Assembly (NCBI GenBank): GCA_964016885.1
Contig: OZ024741.1
Coordinates: 217,744,001 to 217,808,000 of the forward strand
Direction: 5' to 3'
Length of the DNA stretch: 64,000 bases
Source of the DNA: Eledone cirrhosa
Taxonomy: Eukaryota
Shown: positions 1-14,002 of the stretch, one piece after another
Layout of the letters: every line of letters begins with the position of its first letter
How positions within the stretch are numbered: position 1 is the stretch's first letter
Notes under the pieces: model-generated
Database searches by the model: none
What the model was told of the DNA's origin: nothing
What the model saw: only the letters and a program-made list of their open reading frames with translations
Position numbers and translations under genes: made by a program

Positions 1-787
1 GCTAGACTGTGTGTGGCTTGTCTATCTTGGAGTGTAGGACAAGCTAGACTGTGTGTGGCTTGTCTATCTTGGAGTGTAGGACAAGCTAGACTGTGTGTGG
101 CTTGTCTATCTTGGAGTATAGGACAAGCTAGACTGTGTGTGGCTTGTCTATCTTGGAGTATAGGACAAGCTAGACTGTGTGTGGCTTGTCTATCTTGGAG
201 TGTAGGACAAGCTAGACTGTGTGTGGCTTGTCTATCTTGGAGTGTAGGACAAGCTAGACTGTGTGTGGCTTGTCTATCTTGGAGTGTAGGACAAGCTAGA
301 CTGTGTGTGGCTTGTCTATCTTGGAGTGTAGGACAAACTAGACTGTGTGTGGCTTGTCTATCTTGGAGTGTAGGACAAGCTAGACTGTGTGTGGCTTGTC
401 TATCTTGGAGTATAGGACAAGTTAGACTGTGTGTGGCTTGTCTATCTTGGAGTGTAGGACAAGCTAGACTGTGTGTGGCTTGTCTATCTTGGAGTGTAGG
501 ACAAGCTAGACTGTGTGTGGCTTGTCTATCTTGGAGTGTAGGACAAGCTAGACTGTGTGTGGCTTGTCTATCTTGGAGTGTAGGACAAGCTAGACTGCGT
601 GTGGCTTGTCTATCTTGGAGTGTAGGACAAGCTAGACTGTGTGTGGCTTGTCTATCTTGGAGTGTAGGACAAGCTAGACTGTGTGTGGCTTGTCTATCTT
701 GGAGTATAGGACAAGCTAGACTGTGTGTGGCTTGTCTATCTTGGAGTGTAGGACAAGCTAGGCTGTGTGTGGCTTGTCTATCTTGGA
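1..787. repeat. 42-bp minisatellite, about 18.7 near-identical copies (truncated by window start)
   Basis: Unit GCTAGACTGTGTGTGGCTTGTCTATCTTGGAGTGTAGGACAA repeated head to tail. It explains ORF 13..1017. Confidence 0.97.
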
Positions 788-1249
788 ATACCAATAACAA
801 AGTTCTGAGTTCCAGGCCAAATTTACTTTTCATCATCCAGGGAAGGGGTGGGGCAATACATAAAGAAACAGTCCAATCCTGGGGGTCTCTCTCCGTCTCT
901 CTCTCTGGAAGATATCCAATGCATGTTCCCCTCTCACCGAACTTGTATTTGATCACACGACCTGCTAGACATAGCAGCAAAATCTCCCTCAAATCACACC
1001 CTTTCAGTTTTCAATAAAACAAGCATTGAAGACATATGTGTGTATGCACCATCACCCGTGATGGAGTCGTAAGAGTGCCATAGTGACATTTTAAACCAGG
1101 TGGAGCCTATTCCTCTCTAGGCTGTGAGACATTTATTGTATTGATCTTAGAGTTTATTGATTGGATTAGTCACTGCTATGAGATGACACCAGTCTTTTAC
1201 AAATGATGGTGTTGTACCAAATATATTAACATACATACACACGCATATA

Positions 1250-1474
1250 TCATCATTTCATTTTCATTTCATTTTATGTCTGCTTTTTCCCTGCTTGCAA
1301 GGGTGGGACAGGAACTGATTCTGGCTTGATTTCTACAGCTGGATGCCCTTCCTAACACCAACCTTATTTACAGTGAGTGTTGGGTGCTTTTTTTCCGTGG
1401 CACCTCCACGACCATTTTGCAGTGGAATGATAGGGACCCCAGTCCCTATCATCTCATTTCTACAGCTGAGTAAA
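1250..1474 (-). mobile_element. Interspersed SINE-like repeat; near-identical copy at 47215-47438
   Basis: Shared TTTTCCCTGCTTGCAAGGGTGGGAC...TGCCCTTCCTAACACCAACC...CTCATTTCTACAGCTGAGTAAA, with a (CAT)n end. Related motifs occur at about 1730-2030 and 26390-26560. Confidence 0.75.
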
Positions 1475-1502
1475 TATATATATATATATATTCATCATAG
1501 AG

Positions 1503-1712
1503 AAGGCATGTGGTTGATTGGTTAGAGAACTGGATTCACAATCGTGAGGTTGTGAGTCCGATTCCCGGACTGTGCGATACATTATGTCCTTGAGCAAGAC
1601 ACTTTATTTCACGTTGTTCCTTCTACCTGGAGTTGCAACCGATAGATAGTATTAGCAATTGGAAAGACCAATGGAAACATTGTTTCCTCGGTCCGATTTG
1701 GCGAAAGTCGAT
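1503..1712 (+). mobile_element. tRNA-derived SINE, family 2 (GTCCTTGAGCAAGACACTT central domain)
   Basis: A-box TGGTTGATTGG, B-box-like GTCCGATTCC and the conserved core. Close copy at 25966-26178; relatives at 16689-16790, 24853-25000, 38820-38935(-), 55290-55383 and 55590-55700. Confidence 0.8.
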
Positions 1713-2108
1713 CAACAAATACATATTCCTCATCATCATCTTTTAACATCCAATTTTCCTACTAGCAAGAGTTGGATGGGTCTACATAGACCAAAACAGT
1801 ACTGAAGCAGGGCTACAGACCTCACAGACAGCTCAGAGGTCTGTCTTGCTTGTGTAAGGTCTCATGTTCTATCGAGTGCACCAGCAAAGGAGAGGGTGCC
1901 ATGTCTTTGATGCAACTGAAGGGTCCTCACAACCCTTTGTTTCTCAACCCAATCTTTCTACAGCTGGATGCCCTTCCTATCACCAACCACTTTCCAGAGT
2001 GTACTGGGTGCATTTATTGTGTAGATCACCAACATTAGAGACGTTGTCATGCTATGACATAACAAAAGAGTACTCTCACCTTTTTTATTTATAAGCATTA
2101 TTTCTACA

Positions 2109-2292
2109 ATTGGCAGTATCGGTAGAGGGCCGGACGCCTTGCTTTTGACGCATAGAGTTACGGCCCTTGCCATTCTGAGTTCAAATCCCGCCAAGGTTAA
2201 CTTTGCCTTTCATCCTTACGGGGTCGATAAAATAAAGTACCAGTAATGTACTGGTTAATTGCTGGCCTTGTGCCAATAGAGAAACAATTATT
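2109..2292 (+). mobile_element. tRNA-derived SINE, family 1 (GCCTTTCATCC..GGGGTCGATAAAATAAAGTACC, Nin/Deu-like domain)
   Basis: A-box TGGCAGTATCGG, B-box GTTCAAATCC, conserved central domain and an AAACAATTATT end. More than 10 copies in the window. Confidence 0.85.
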
Positions 2293-3369
2293 TCTACAGC
2301 AGGTTATATAAAATGCATTGGGTAGAGTGTGGGTTCGTATGTAAGGGATATGTGGACATCCAGGCTGCCTGAGTACTGACTTGGTCTGTGAAGACCAGTC
2401 TAAACCTTGCTAGCAGGGAAAACATGTTAAATGATGATGATATATATATAAAATCATCAACATCATTTAACGTCCATTTTCCACGCTAGCTTAGCAAGAG
2501 GGAGAGAGGGAATGAATGTGTGTTATATATGTGTATATACATATATTTGTTTAGTAAACCTATGAATAAATATAACTGCCTGACTGCTTGTACCTATTTA
2601 TTAATTAATATGACTGTATATAAATATGTACACATTTATTAATAAGTCACTCTCTCTCTACTGATAAGCTAGTTATTATTAATTATATAATACCTTGCTT
2701 ATTAACCTTGTATTGTTAGATCAATTGTATTGTCTGCTGTAATCTTGTTAACTTTAGTGGACTCACCCAGGTTGTCAATAAAGATGACAATAGAGATGAC
2801 ATTAGTATTTAATTTTCAGACTCCAGGATTGGTATGTCATATAGAGCAGGACTAGAGGTTTAGTGTTGCCAATAATGGTTTCTGATTTAGGCACAAGGCC
2901 AGCAATTTTGGAGGAGGGGAAAGTTAATCAAATCGACCCAGTACATTACTGGTACTTTATTTTATCAACCCCGTAAACATGAAAGGCAAAGCTAACCTTG
3001 GTGAGATGACAATAGCATTGATTGTGTTTAGTTTTCAGACTCCAAGATTGGTATGTCATATATACCAGCACTAGTACACTAATGTTGTCAATAATTACGG
3101 TAATAGAGATGACTGTATTTAGTTTTCAGACACCAGCATTCAGTAATCAGAAGAAGGGAGGTAGGTGTTATAGCCAGAAGGGAGGTAGGCGTAAAAGCCA
3201 AATTCGCTATCTTCAATTTGGTATCCATGCCAACCCCTACCTATGGTCATGAATCTTGGGTGGTAATGCCCGAAAGAATATGAATGCAAATACAAGCAGC
3301 CAAAATAGGATTCCTACAAAGGGTTTTTGGAGTAACATTAATCAATAGAGTGCATAGCTCAGAAATGAA

Positions 3370-3648
3370 AGTGTCACTCCAGGTAAAGCAGCTACTTCTC
3401 CGAATTGAGAGACCAGAGCTGGTTAGAATGTCTCAGGAAAGAATCGGACAGATTTTATAGGCAAAACCAGCGGGCAGTAGACCCAGAGCAAGATGGTTGA
3501 ATAACATCTTTGAGCTCGACTGGTTTCGCTTGGGGATCCAGCCAGATCAGGTGGAGATGGTTGCTTCTGACAGGACTTGCTGGAAGGAGTGTTTCAGGAC
3601 TCTGCCCGCATGACCCTCTCAGGACTAAATGGGCGAAGATGAAGAAGA
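3370..3648 (+). pseudogene. 3' fragment of an RTE-type LINE
   Basis: Translates to ..AKPAGSRPRARWL..MVASDRTCW.., typical of RTE C-termini; ends in a (GAA)-rich tail. Confidence 0.6.
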
Positions 3649-3698
3649 CTCTAGGATTGGTATGTCATATATAGCAGGATTAATGGTCTAGTGTTGTT

Positions 3699-3887
3699 AA
3701 TAATGATTTCCACTATAGGCACAAGGCCAGCAATTATCACAGTGTATTACTGGTACTTTATTTTATCAACCCAGTAAGGGTGAAAGGCAAAGTTAACCTC
3801 GGCGGGATTTGAACTCGGACCATAAAGGGACTAACTCTTTGCTGCAAAGCATGGCGTCCGACCCTCTTCCGATACTGTCAATCCACT
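3699..3887 (-). mobile_element. SINE family 1 copy
   Basis: Reverse complement of 2109-2292. A partial copy also lies at 2873-3003. Confidence 0.85.
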
Positions 3888-4729
3888 GCAGTGTATGATG
3901 GTAATAACCTTGATTGGCGTTAGTTTTCAGACTCCAGGATTAATATGTCATATATACAGGGTTACTGGAAATATGAACAATCATATAAACTGGAAATTTG
4001 TGTTTTGATAAATTTATGGTTTGCATAAGAGAAACCCTATAGTTTGTGTTGATTACTGATATGGAGATTTTTGATATGTTGAAGTGATTAAAGATAAAAA
4101 TGTCAAACAAAGGGTCAGGGAGACTCCTCAGTTATACCCAGAACATGACAACTTCACTAGTGTTGGTGTTATGATAAAATACAACTCATGGTAGAGCATG
4201 GGACTGTATGTTGAGCCCATGGAACACTTGGAGATTAGGGGCTCTGTTTGAGTTCTTATCTGTCTATGATAACATGTCAAACCATTGCTAAAACTGATTA
4301 ATGTTTTACCCAATTAAGGCAGGACTTAGCATTGATGTGAGTATCCCAGTGAAGCAAAGCAAAGTTTGTTTGTGTGGAAATGTGGTATTTTATGTTGTTG
4401 TGTCAGATATATAATGTTGAGCAATGGAAAAAAATAAAGACAAGGTTTAATAGTTAATTAATCCATTGTTTTACCCTCTGAAACGATTGTAAAACACTAG
4501 ATCAATTAACTACTGCTACTATTACACACACACACACACACACACATATATATGCAATGCTTATTCTTAATATACTGTAAACTTTTACACCAAAATATAA
4601 ATTTTGGAAAAATTAAGCTCTACAAATTATAGTTTTTAGCCTATATAGTACTTGAGCTATTTAAAGTGTAATATGACTGAAATATTTTTATTTTAGTCTA
4701 TTATATATATATTTATTATTAGTATAAAT

Positions 4730-4975
4730 TATGCAAAATCTGGAGAGAAATGAGGCAAGCATGCTCCGTTGGATGTGCCATGTCAATGTGCGTGAACGAC
4801 CCAGCATGAATGTGTTGAGAGAGAAACTGTGTCTGGGAGGGATAGAATGTAGTGTGCGAGAGAGGAGACTGAGGTGGTATGGACATGTGATGCGCATGGA
4901 GGATGACTGATGGGTGAAGAAGTGCCAGGAAATGCCATTTGAAGGAAGACATGGTTAGAGGAAGACCACGAAAAA
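4730..4975 (+). pseudogene. 3' fragment of an RTE-type LINE
   Basis: Encodes RERRLRWYGHVMRMEDD*WVKK...GRPRK, with a stop codon and a frameshift. Confidence 0.75.
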
Positions 4976-4977
4976 CA

Positions 4978-5072
4978 GCTGAGCTCCAGCCGTTTTGACA
5001 GCTAGATATGAACTTGGATCTAGTTGTTGAAATGGCCGGAGCTCAGCCGTCGGGGTCCTGACATTTTTCCTA
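4978..5072 (+). repeat. 30-bp-stem hairpin, foldback family C
   Basis: GCTGAGCTCC..GCTAGAT pairs with ATCTAGT..GGAGCTCAGC. Homologous to 28735-28845 and 28884-29062. Confidence 0.75.
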
Positions 5073-5560
5073 TATATACATATATATATATATGTTTTTA
5101 TATTGTAAGGTGGTCATGTAGGTGTCATGACAAAAAATACCCAGCACACACTGTAAATCTGGTTGGTGTTAGGAAACCAAGCCAGAAACAGTTCTGTATG
5201 AGCAAGACATGGTCACCTGACCCAACTTGCCTCTGATGGGACAACCTGCCTAACCCATGCCAGTGTGGAAAATGGACGTTAAATGATGATGATGATGATG
5301 TATATATACAAGTGTAACAAGTAGAGAATCTACTTTATAATGAAATAACAAGATAATCCAAAGCTCAATGTGTTATTACAATCAACAAGCATGTTGAACA
5401 AAAACATCCAAGTTGAATTCAACAGGGCAAGTTCCAATAATTGAACTTATGTAATATCAGAGCATCAACAGTGATTAATAAACCATGATGTAATTAAGAC
5501 ATTTTATTCATTAAAATTGTCTGAATTCCACCTAAACCCTTCATCTTGATGTATTATTCA

Positions 5561-5589
<29 letters not shown>

Positions 5590-5606
<17 letters not shown>

Positions 5607-5721
5607 TTACATGTATATATATGTATGTGTGTTTATATGTATATATATATGTGTTTGTATTTATATGTATATATATATAGTGTGTGTGGCCCATTGCCAT
5701 GAGACTGGAGGAACCAGATAA

Positions 5722-5785
<64 letters not shown>

Positions 5786-5923
5786 TTATCTGGTTCAGGA
5801 CTCTGCCCGCATGACCCTCTCAGGATTAATCCTGCTATATATGACATACCAATCCTAGAGTCTTCTTCATCTTTGCCCATTTAGTTTTGAGAGGGTCATG
5901 TGGGCAGAGTCCTGAACCAGATA

Positions 5924-5992
<69 letters not shown>

Positions 5993-6118
5993 TTATCTGG
6001 TTCCTCCAGTCTCATGGCAATGGGCCACACACACTATATATATATATACATATAAACACAAACATATATATACATATAAACACACATACATATATATACA
6101 TGTAAACACACACACATA
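5590..6118. repeat. Nested palindrome of about 520 bp containing two (TA)n tracts
   Basis: Outer arms about 5595-5724 and 5989-6116; inner arms 5782-5822 and 5888-5928. Confidence 0.9.
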
Positions 6119-6177
6119 TATATATATAAACACACGCACATATATATACATATAAACACACACATATATATATATAT

Positions 6178-6982
6178 CTAGGGCGGGTAAAATTCCCGAG
6201 ATCCATGGACGAGTTCTCTCCAGTGGTCACTGTCCCTCATTATCGCTGCCATGTCCTGCATCTCCAACAGACCAATGTCTGTCCTTAGGGCATCAACATA
6301 CGTTAACCTTGGTCTTCCTCTTCCAGTGTGTCCATGTAGGGGCTTCCACAGGAGCACTGAGTGCAACGTTAACTCTGGATGTCGGTGAGCATGTCCAGCT
6401 AACCTCAGTCTCCTCTGTGTCACTTTGTGTCCAGCTAACCTCAGTCTCCTCTGTGTCCCATACAGCTCTGAGTTTTTCATCCTCAGTGTATACTGATTAA
6501 TGTTCAGAGCCATCCTCAGCATTCTCGTGTAGCACCCATCCACCATCTGAGTGAGTTTCTTGGTCAGTGTCCAAGTCTCAGACCTGTACAGCAGCACAGT
6601 AATGAAGAGGCGGATTTTCAGGTCTTTACGAAGGTCCGACTTCGACACCGATCTCAAGTTGAGGCACGCCGCCCAGGCTTTGCTCTTCCTCTCAACCAAA
6701 TCATCTTCCGTATTCCCAATCTTTGCTCCCAAATACAGGAAGTCCTCAACCAATTCCAGCGGCTTCCCACCTACATTAGTGATCCCCTCTGGCTTCTCAA
6801 CATTCTATACCAGATATTTTGTTTTAGTCTCATTCATTCTCAGCCCCACACTCATCGACCGACACAGTCTCAACCTCCTGCATCAAATCCTCTGCCTCCT
6901 TCACTGTATTTGTCACCAAAACTATGTCGTCGGCAAATTCAGCATCTGATACCTTTTTTGCCTTAACTCTCCTGCTCTGAGC
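6178..6982 (-). pseudogene. RTE-type LINE reverse transcriptase C-terminal fragment
   Basis: Motifs [32 protein letters not shown] and GRGRPRLTY. Frameshifted and 5'-truncated. Confidence 0.9.
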
Positions 6983-7014
6983 ATATATACATATATATAT
7001 ACATACATATATGC

Positions 7015-7047
<33 letters not shown>

Positions 7048-7178
7048 CATACATTATATACATACATATATATACATATACATATATACATACATATATA
7101 TACATATACATATATACATATATATATACACATATATATATATTACATATACATATATATACATATACATATATATAC

Positions 7179-7241
<63 letters not shown>

Positions 7242-7266
7242 CATATATACATATATATACATATAC

Positions 7267-7297
<31 letters not shown>

Positions 7298-7658
7298 CAT
7301 ATATATACATATACATATACATATATATATATATACATATGTATATATATATACATATACATATATATATATACATATGTATATATATATACATATGTAT
7401 ATATATATACATATATATATATACATATATATATACATATACATATATATACATATATATATACATATACATATATATAAATACATACATATATATATAC
7501 ATATACATATGTATATATATATACATATATATATATACATATATATATACATATACATATATATACATATATATATACATATACATATATATAAATACAT
7601 ACATATATATATACATATACATATATATATATGCATATACATATATATATACATATTC

Positions 7659-7689
<31 letters not shown>

Positions 7690-7817
7690 CATATATATAT
7701 ATACATATATATATATACATATATATATATATACATATATATATATACATATATATATATATACATATATATATATACATATATATATATACATATATAT
7801 ATCCACATATATATATC

Positions 7818-7859
<42 letters not shown>

Positions 7860-7862
7860 CAC

Positions 7863-7925
<63 letters not shown>

Positions 7926-7972
7926 CACATATATACATATATATATATACATATACATATATATATATACAC

Positions 7973-8063
<91 letters not shown>

Positions 8064-8126
8064 CATATATATATATACATATATATACATATATATATAT
8101 ATACATATACATATATACATATACAT

Positions 8127-8159
<33 letters not shown>

Positions 8160-8212
8160 TATATATATACATATACATATATATACATATACATATATAT
8201 ACATATACATAT

Positions 8213-8245
<33 letters not shown>

Positions 8246-8328
8246 TATATATATACATATATATATACATATATATATACATATATATACACATATATAT
8301 ATACATATATATACATATATATATACAC

Positions 8329-8363
<35 letters not shown>

Positions 8364-8364
8364 C

Positions 8365-8445
<81 letters not shown>

Positions 8446-8466
8446 TATATACATATATATATATAC

Positions 8467-8509
<43 letters not shown>

Positions 8510-8528
8510 TATATACATATATATATAC

Positions 8529-8565
<37 letters not shown>

Positions 8566-8683
8566 TATATACATATATATACATATATATATACATATAT
8601 ATATACAAATATATATACATATATATATACACATATATATATACACATATATATATACATATATATATATATTTATATATACA

Positions 8684-8723
<40 letters not shown>

Positions 8724-8954
8724 TATACATATATATATACATATATATATACATATATATATATATACACATATATATATACACATATATATATACACAT
8801 ATATATATACACATATATATATATACATATTTATATATACATATATATATACACATATATATATACATATATATATACATATATATATATATACATAGAT
8901 ATACATATATATATATATACATATATACATAGATATACATATATATATATATAC

Positions 8955-8999
<45 letters not shown>

Positions 9000-9012
9000 C
9001 ATATATATATAT

Positions 9013-9045
<33 letters not shown>

Positions 9046-9933
9046 TATATACATATATATACATATATATATATATGTATATGTATATATACATATATAT
9101 ACATATATATATATACATATATATATGCATATATATATGCATATATATACATATATATATACGTATATATATATACGTATATATATATACATATATATAT
9201 ATACATATATATATATACATATATATACATATATATACATACATATATATATATACATATATACATATACATATATACATATATATACATATATATATAT
9301 ACATATATACATATGTATATATACATATATACATATATACATATATATATATACATATATACATATATATATATACATATATATACATATATACATATAT
9401 ACATATATATACATATATACATATATATATATACATATATACATATATATATATACATATATACATATACATATATACATATATATACATATATATATAT
9501 ACATATATATATATACATATATACATATATATATATATATACATATATATACATATATATATATACATATATATACATATATATATATACATATATATAC
9601 ATATATATATATACATATATATACATATATATATACATATATATACATATATATATATACATATATATACATATATATATATATACATATATATACATAT
9701 ATATATATACATATATATATATACATATATATATATACATATATATATATACATATATATACATATATATATATACATATATATACATATATATATATAC
9801 ATATATATATATACATATATATACATATATATATATACATATATATAATATATATATACATATATATATATACATATATATACATATATATATATACATA
9901 TATATACATATATATATATATACATATATATAC

Positions 9934-9964
<31 letters not shown>

Positions 9965-10451
9965 CATATATATACATATATATATATACATATATATACA
10001 TATATATACATATATATACATATATATATATATACATATATATACATATATATATATACATATATATACATATATATATATACATATATATACATATATA
10101 TATATACATATATATACATATATATATATACATATATATACATATATATATATACATATATATACATATATATATATACATATATATATATACATATATA
10201 TACATATATATATATACTTATATATACATATATATATATACATATATATACATATATATATATACATATATATATATACATATATACATATATATACATA
10301 TATATATATACATATATACATATATATACATATACATATATACATATATACATATATATATATACATATATACATATATATACATATATATATATACATA
10401 TATACACATATATATATATACATATATATATACACATATATATATACATAC

Positions 10452-10484
<33 letters not shown>

Positions 10485-10503
10485 CACATATATATATACA
10501 TAC

Positions 10504-10536
<33 letters not shown>

Positions 10537-11049
10537 CACATATATATATATATATACACATATATATATATATACACATATATATATATATACACATATA
10601 TATATACATATATATATAAACATATATATATATATACATATATACGTATATATATATATAAATATATATACATATATATATACATATATACATACATATA
10701 TATATATATACATATATATATACATATATATATACATATATACATACATATATATATATACATATATATATACATATATACATACATATATATATACATA
10801 TATACATACATATATATATACATATATATATACATATATACATACATATATACATACATATATACATACATATATACATACATACATATATATATACATA
10901 TATACATACATATATACATATATACATACATATATATATACATATATACATACATATATATATACATATATACATACATATATACATATATACATACATA
11001 TATATATACATACATATATATATATACATACATATATATAGATACATAC

Positions 11050-11080
<31 letters not shown>

Positions 11081-11088
11081 CATATATA
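6983..11088. repeat. Compound (TA)n/(TATACA)n microsatellite, about 4.1 kb
   Basis: Alternating purine-pyrimidine tract. Source of the YI/HI ORFs. Confidence 0.98.
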
Positions 11089-11274
11089 CACTCAGTTCTC
11101 CTTCGGGAGCCCCTATATGGACACACTAGAAGAGGAAGACCAAGGTTAACATATGTTGATGCCCTAAGGACAGACACTGGTCTGTTGGAGACGCAGGATA
11201 TGGCAGCGATAATGAGGGACAGAGACCGCTGGAGAGAACTCGTCCATGGATCTCGGGAATTTTACCCGCCTTAG
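11089..11274 (+). pseudogene. 3' end of the same RTE-type element as 6178-6362, in inverted orientation
   Basis: [29 protein letters not shown]...GSREFYPP* matches the end of ORF 6178..6753. Confidence 0.9.
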
Positions 11275-11282
11275 ATAGATAC

Positions 11283-11321
<39 letters not shown>

Positions 11322-11326
11322 GATAC

Positions 11327-11379
<53 letters not shown>

Positions 11380-11508
11380 CATACATATATATATACATAC
11401 ATATATATATACATACATATATATATACATACATATATATATATACATATATACATACATATATATATACATATATATATATATATACATATATATATTT
11501 CTACATAC

Positions 11509-11541
<33 letters not shown>

Positions 11542-11991
11542 CATATATATATACATATATATATATACATACATATATATATGTACGTCAATACTCATCT
11601 TTTTCCATTTCTCCGAGGGTTCTTAACCCCACTATCATGCTAAATAATTTCTTTAATTTCTTTGGTCAAAATACGGCTTGCATTTCTGGTAATTTGAAAC
11701 CCACTCGCTGTTTCAAACATATTCTTACATATATATATACATATATATATATACATATACATATATATATAAATATATATATATATATGAAAACAGAGAG
11801 AAAGAGATGATTATGAGGAAGAAAATTATATTTTTTTTCATTTTTTTTGTGTCTCTCTCTCTCTACTTTTTCTGGGTTAGAAAATGATTAAAACGAAATG
11901 TTTTACTTTGTGTGAAGTGTTAAGGTATTAGTTGATTTATTTATTATTTAACAATGGCATTTATTTATCTATTTATATATTTAATTATTGT

Positions 11992-12033
11992 CTATTACCG
12001 GTTTCTGCATTTATATGCATTATCAAATGATAG
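11992..12033 (-). ncRNA. Degenerate hammerhead motif in the 3' region of the Penelope-like element
   Basis: TTGATAA-tgcat.ataa.atgca-GAAA-ccgg-TA. The core is mutated and stem I is poor. Confidence 0.4.
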
Positions 12034-12447
12034 TGAAATGTATTAGTGTGGTGTCGCACATGTTAAACAGAAGGTGCAGAAAGAATAATGTTATTTACAA
12101 ACAAGGTTTAAGAAGTGAAAAGAAAAAAGAAAAAGTAAAAAAAAAAAGCGTGCATAATGTGGAACGTAAAAAGTCAATGTAGAAGAAAAGTTAATGTTAT
12201 TTACAAGCACAGTCATTGAAGTTAAGCAGTTCAAAATGTGTTAATATCGCAAGAGTGCTTAGTTGAACCATGGTTCCGTGAAGGAGCCAAATGGTGGACT
12301 GTGGTTTGATATGATTTCCTTTTTTAGAGAGTTAATATGCAGGGGGAAGCAATTCTCGCTGGGTGATATTTAATTTATTTAAGAAAAAGGATTAGGTAGG
12401 GTGTGAGGGAGGTAACTCTTGTAAATATTTGATGGTTTGTTGCAGTT

Positions 12448-13365
12448 TTAGAAAGGTCCGAATTTTAGGGCATTGAGTACTGGTTGAAATTTATTAATGA
12501 AATGTGTTTCCTTATTGGTACGTTGGATGAAAGTAGCGTTTTCTATGAATTTGTAAATGGGGAAAATTGTAAAGTTTGGATGTTGGTTGAGAGCACAGTT
12601 AGCGATATGTTCACTAAATGCAATCTTTCTGTATTCCTGTATTTTAATTTGTGATTTATGGATGGTCATACGTTGACGGAGGCTGTTTTTTGTCTGTCCT
12701 ATGTAGTGCTCTAGACAACCTGAGCAGGTCAAAACATAGATAAGGTTTTCAGATGCACATGTAAAGTTGTGTTTAACTGTGAAACGTTGTCATTGTTTAA
12801 AATGGAATGTTGAACCTTCTATTAGATTTATGCATATGCCACAGTTGGGCCTTCCGCATTTTGTTACTGTAGAGTTTATTGTGAGGGTTTGATGGATTTT
12901 GGCTTGTGTGAGGGTGTTTTTAATGGATTTAGGTTGCCTTTTGCTCTTTATGATGTTGTGTGTTTGGAGGATATTGTTCATTGTTGGGTCTCTTTTTAGT
13001 AAAGGAATGTTCTGGAGGATGGTATCGAATGCCCCATTGTTGAGGGGGTTGTGTGTGGAGATGTATGGTAGAGTTTTTTGTTGCGGTTCACTCCTGGGTT
13101 TGGGGTGTCTGAGTTCCCGGATGTCTAGTTTTAGGGCACGTTGGAATCCATTGATGATTAGGGATGGTGGGTAGTTTCTGCTGATAAGTGTGTTTTTTAA
13201 TTCTTCTAGTCGTATGTAGCATGTGTATTTATCTGAAACTATTGTGCAGATCCTTCTGGCTAGGTTATAAGGAATTGCCATTTTGGTGTGTCTAGGGCGG
13301 CACGAGTTGAATGGAAGGTATTGTTTGGAGTCTGTGGGTTTGTAGTATATGTCTGTTTCTATTTT
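12448..13365 (-). pseudogene. Penelope-like element: RT thumb/linker plus GIY-YIG endonuclease (5'-truncated, one in-frame stop)
   Basis: TDIYYKPTDSKQYL..S.RP.HTK.AIPY, linker C..PNCGIC, NLIYVLTCSGCLEHYIGQT..LRQRM..H, and E..FI....P.LN. Confidence 0.93.
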
Positions 13366-13521
13366 GTTGCTTGTTTTCTCTGCGCATGCGTTTGCGTGTG
13401 TGTATAGTGTTTGATGTGTGTTCGTGTTTGGGTGACTGTGTATTGGTTATTGTATTCTATCATAGTTTACTAGTGTGTGTTTATATGTGTTTGTTGTTAT
13501 TTTGCTTGTGTATGTATTTAT

Positions 13522-13793
13522 TTATACTTCTCTTAGGTCAGTATTGTTTGTTTGGGTGTTGTTATTCCATTCATTTTTTCTGTTTAGCCTTGGCCTTCTA
13601 AGTTCTATTTCGCTGGCCTCTCTGATTTGCCTATCTGCTGGGTCATTTCTATGTTTAGATATTATTCTAATTTCTATGTTGTCTACGTTACCGTCGTGTT
13701 GTTGTCTGGCATGTTCGTATAGTACTGAACCGTTTTTTCGTCCTTTTAGTTCCCTCCAGTGTTGGTCTATCTTTTCACCTATGCTACGAGCTG
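13522..13793 (-). pseudogene. Second Penelope-like GIY-YIG C-terminal fragment
   Basis: [12 protein letters not shown]...SVLYEH..QQH...RQIREASEI...PRLNRKNEW. Confidence 0.8.
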
Positions 13794-13876
13794 TATATAT
13801 ATATATGTATATATGTATATATATATACATATATATATATACATATATACGTATATACATATATATATATGAATAC

Positions 13877-13929
<53 letters not shown>

Positions 13930-13943
13930 TATATACATATACA

Positions 13944-14001
<58 letters not shown>

Positions 14002-14002
<1 letters not shown>

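Noticed and set aside
13-1017. 334-aa ORF with a 14-aa repeat; CRISPR-like regularity
   Set aside because: It is a stop-free frame of a 42-bp minisatellite with a non-ATG start. There are no spacers and no cas genes.
6830-11598. Long YI/HI/CV-rich ORFs (also at 30.9-32 kb and 33.4-36.2 kb)
   Set aside because: Alternating purine-pyrimidine microsatellites cannot encode stop codons, so they are open in all frames.
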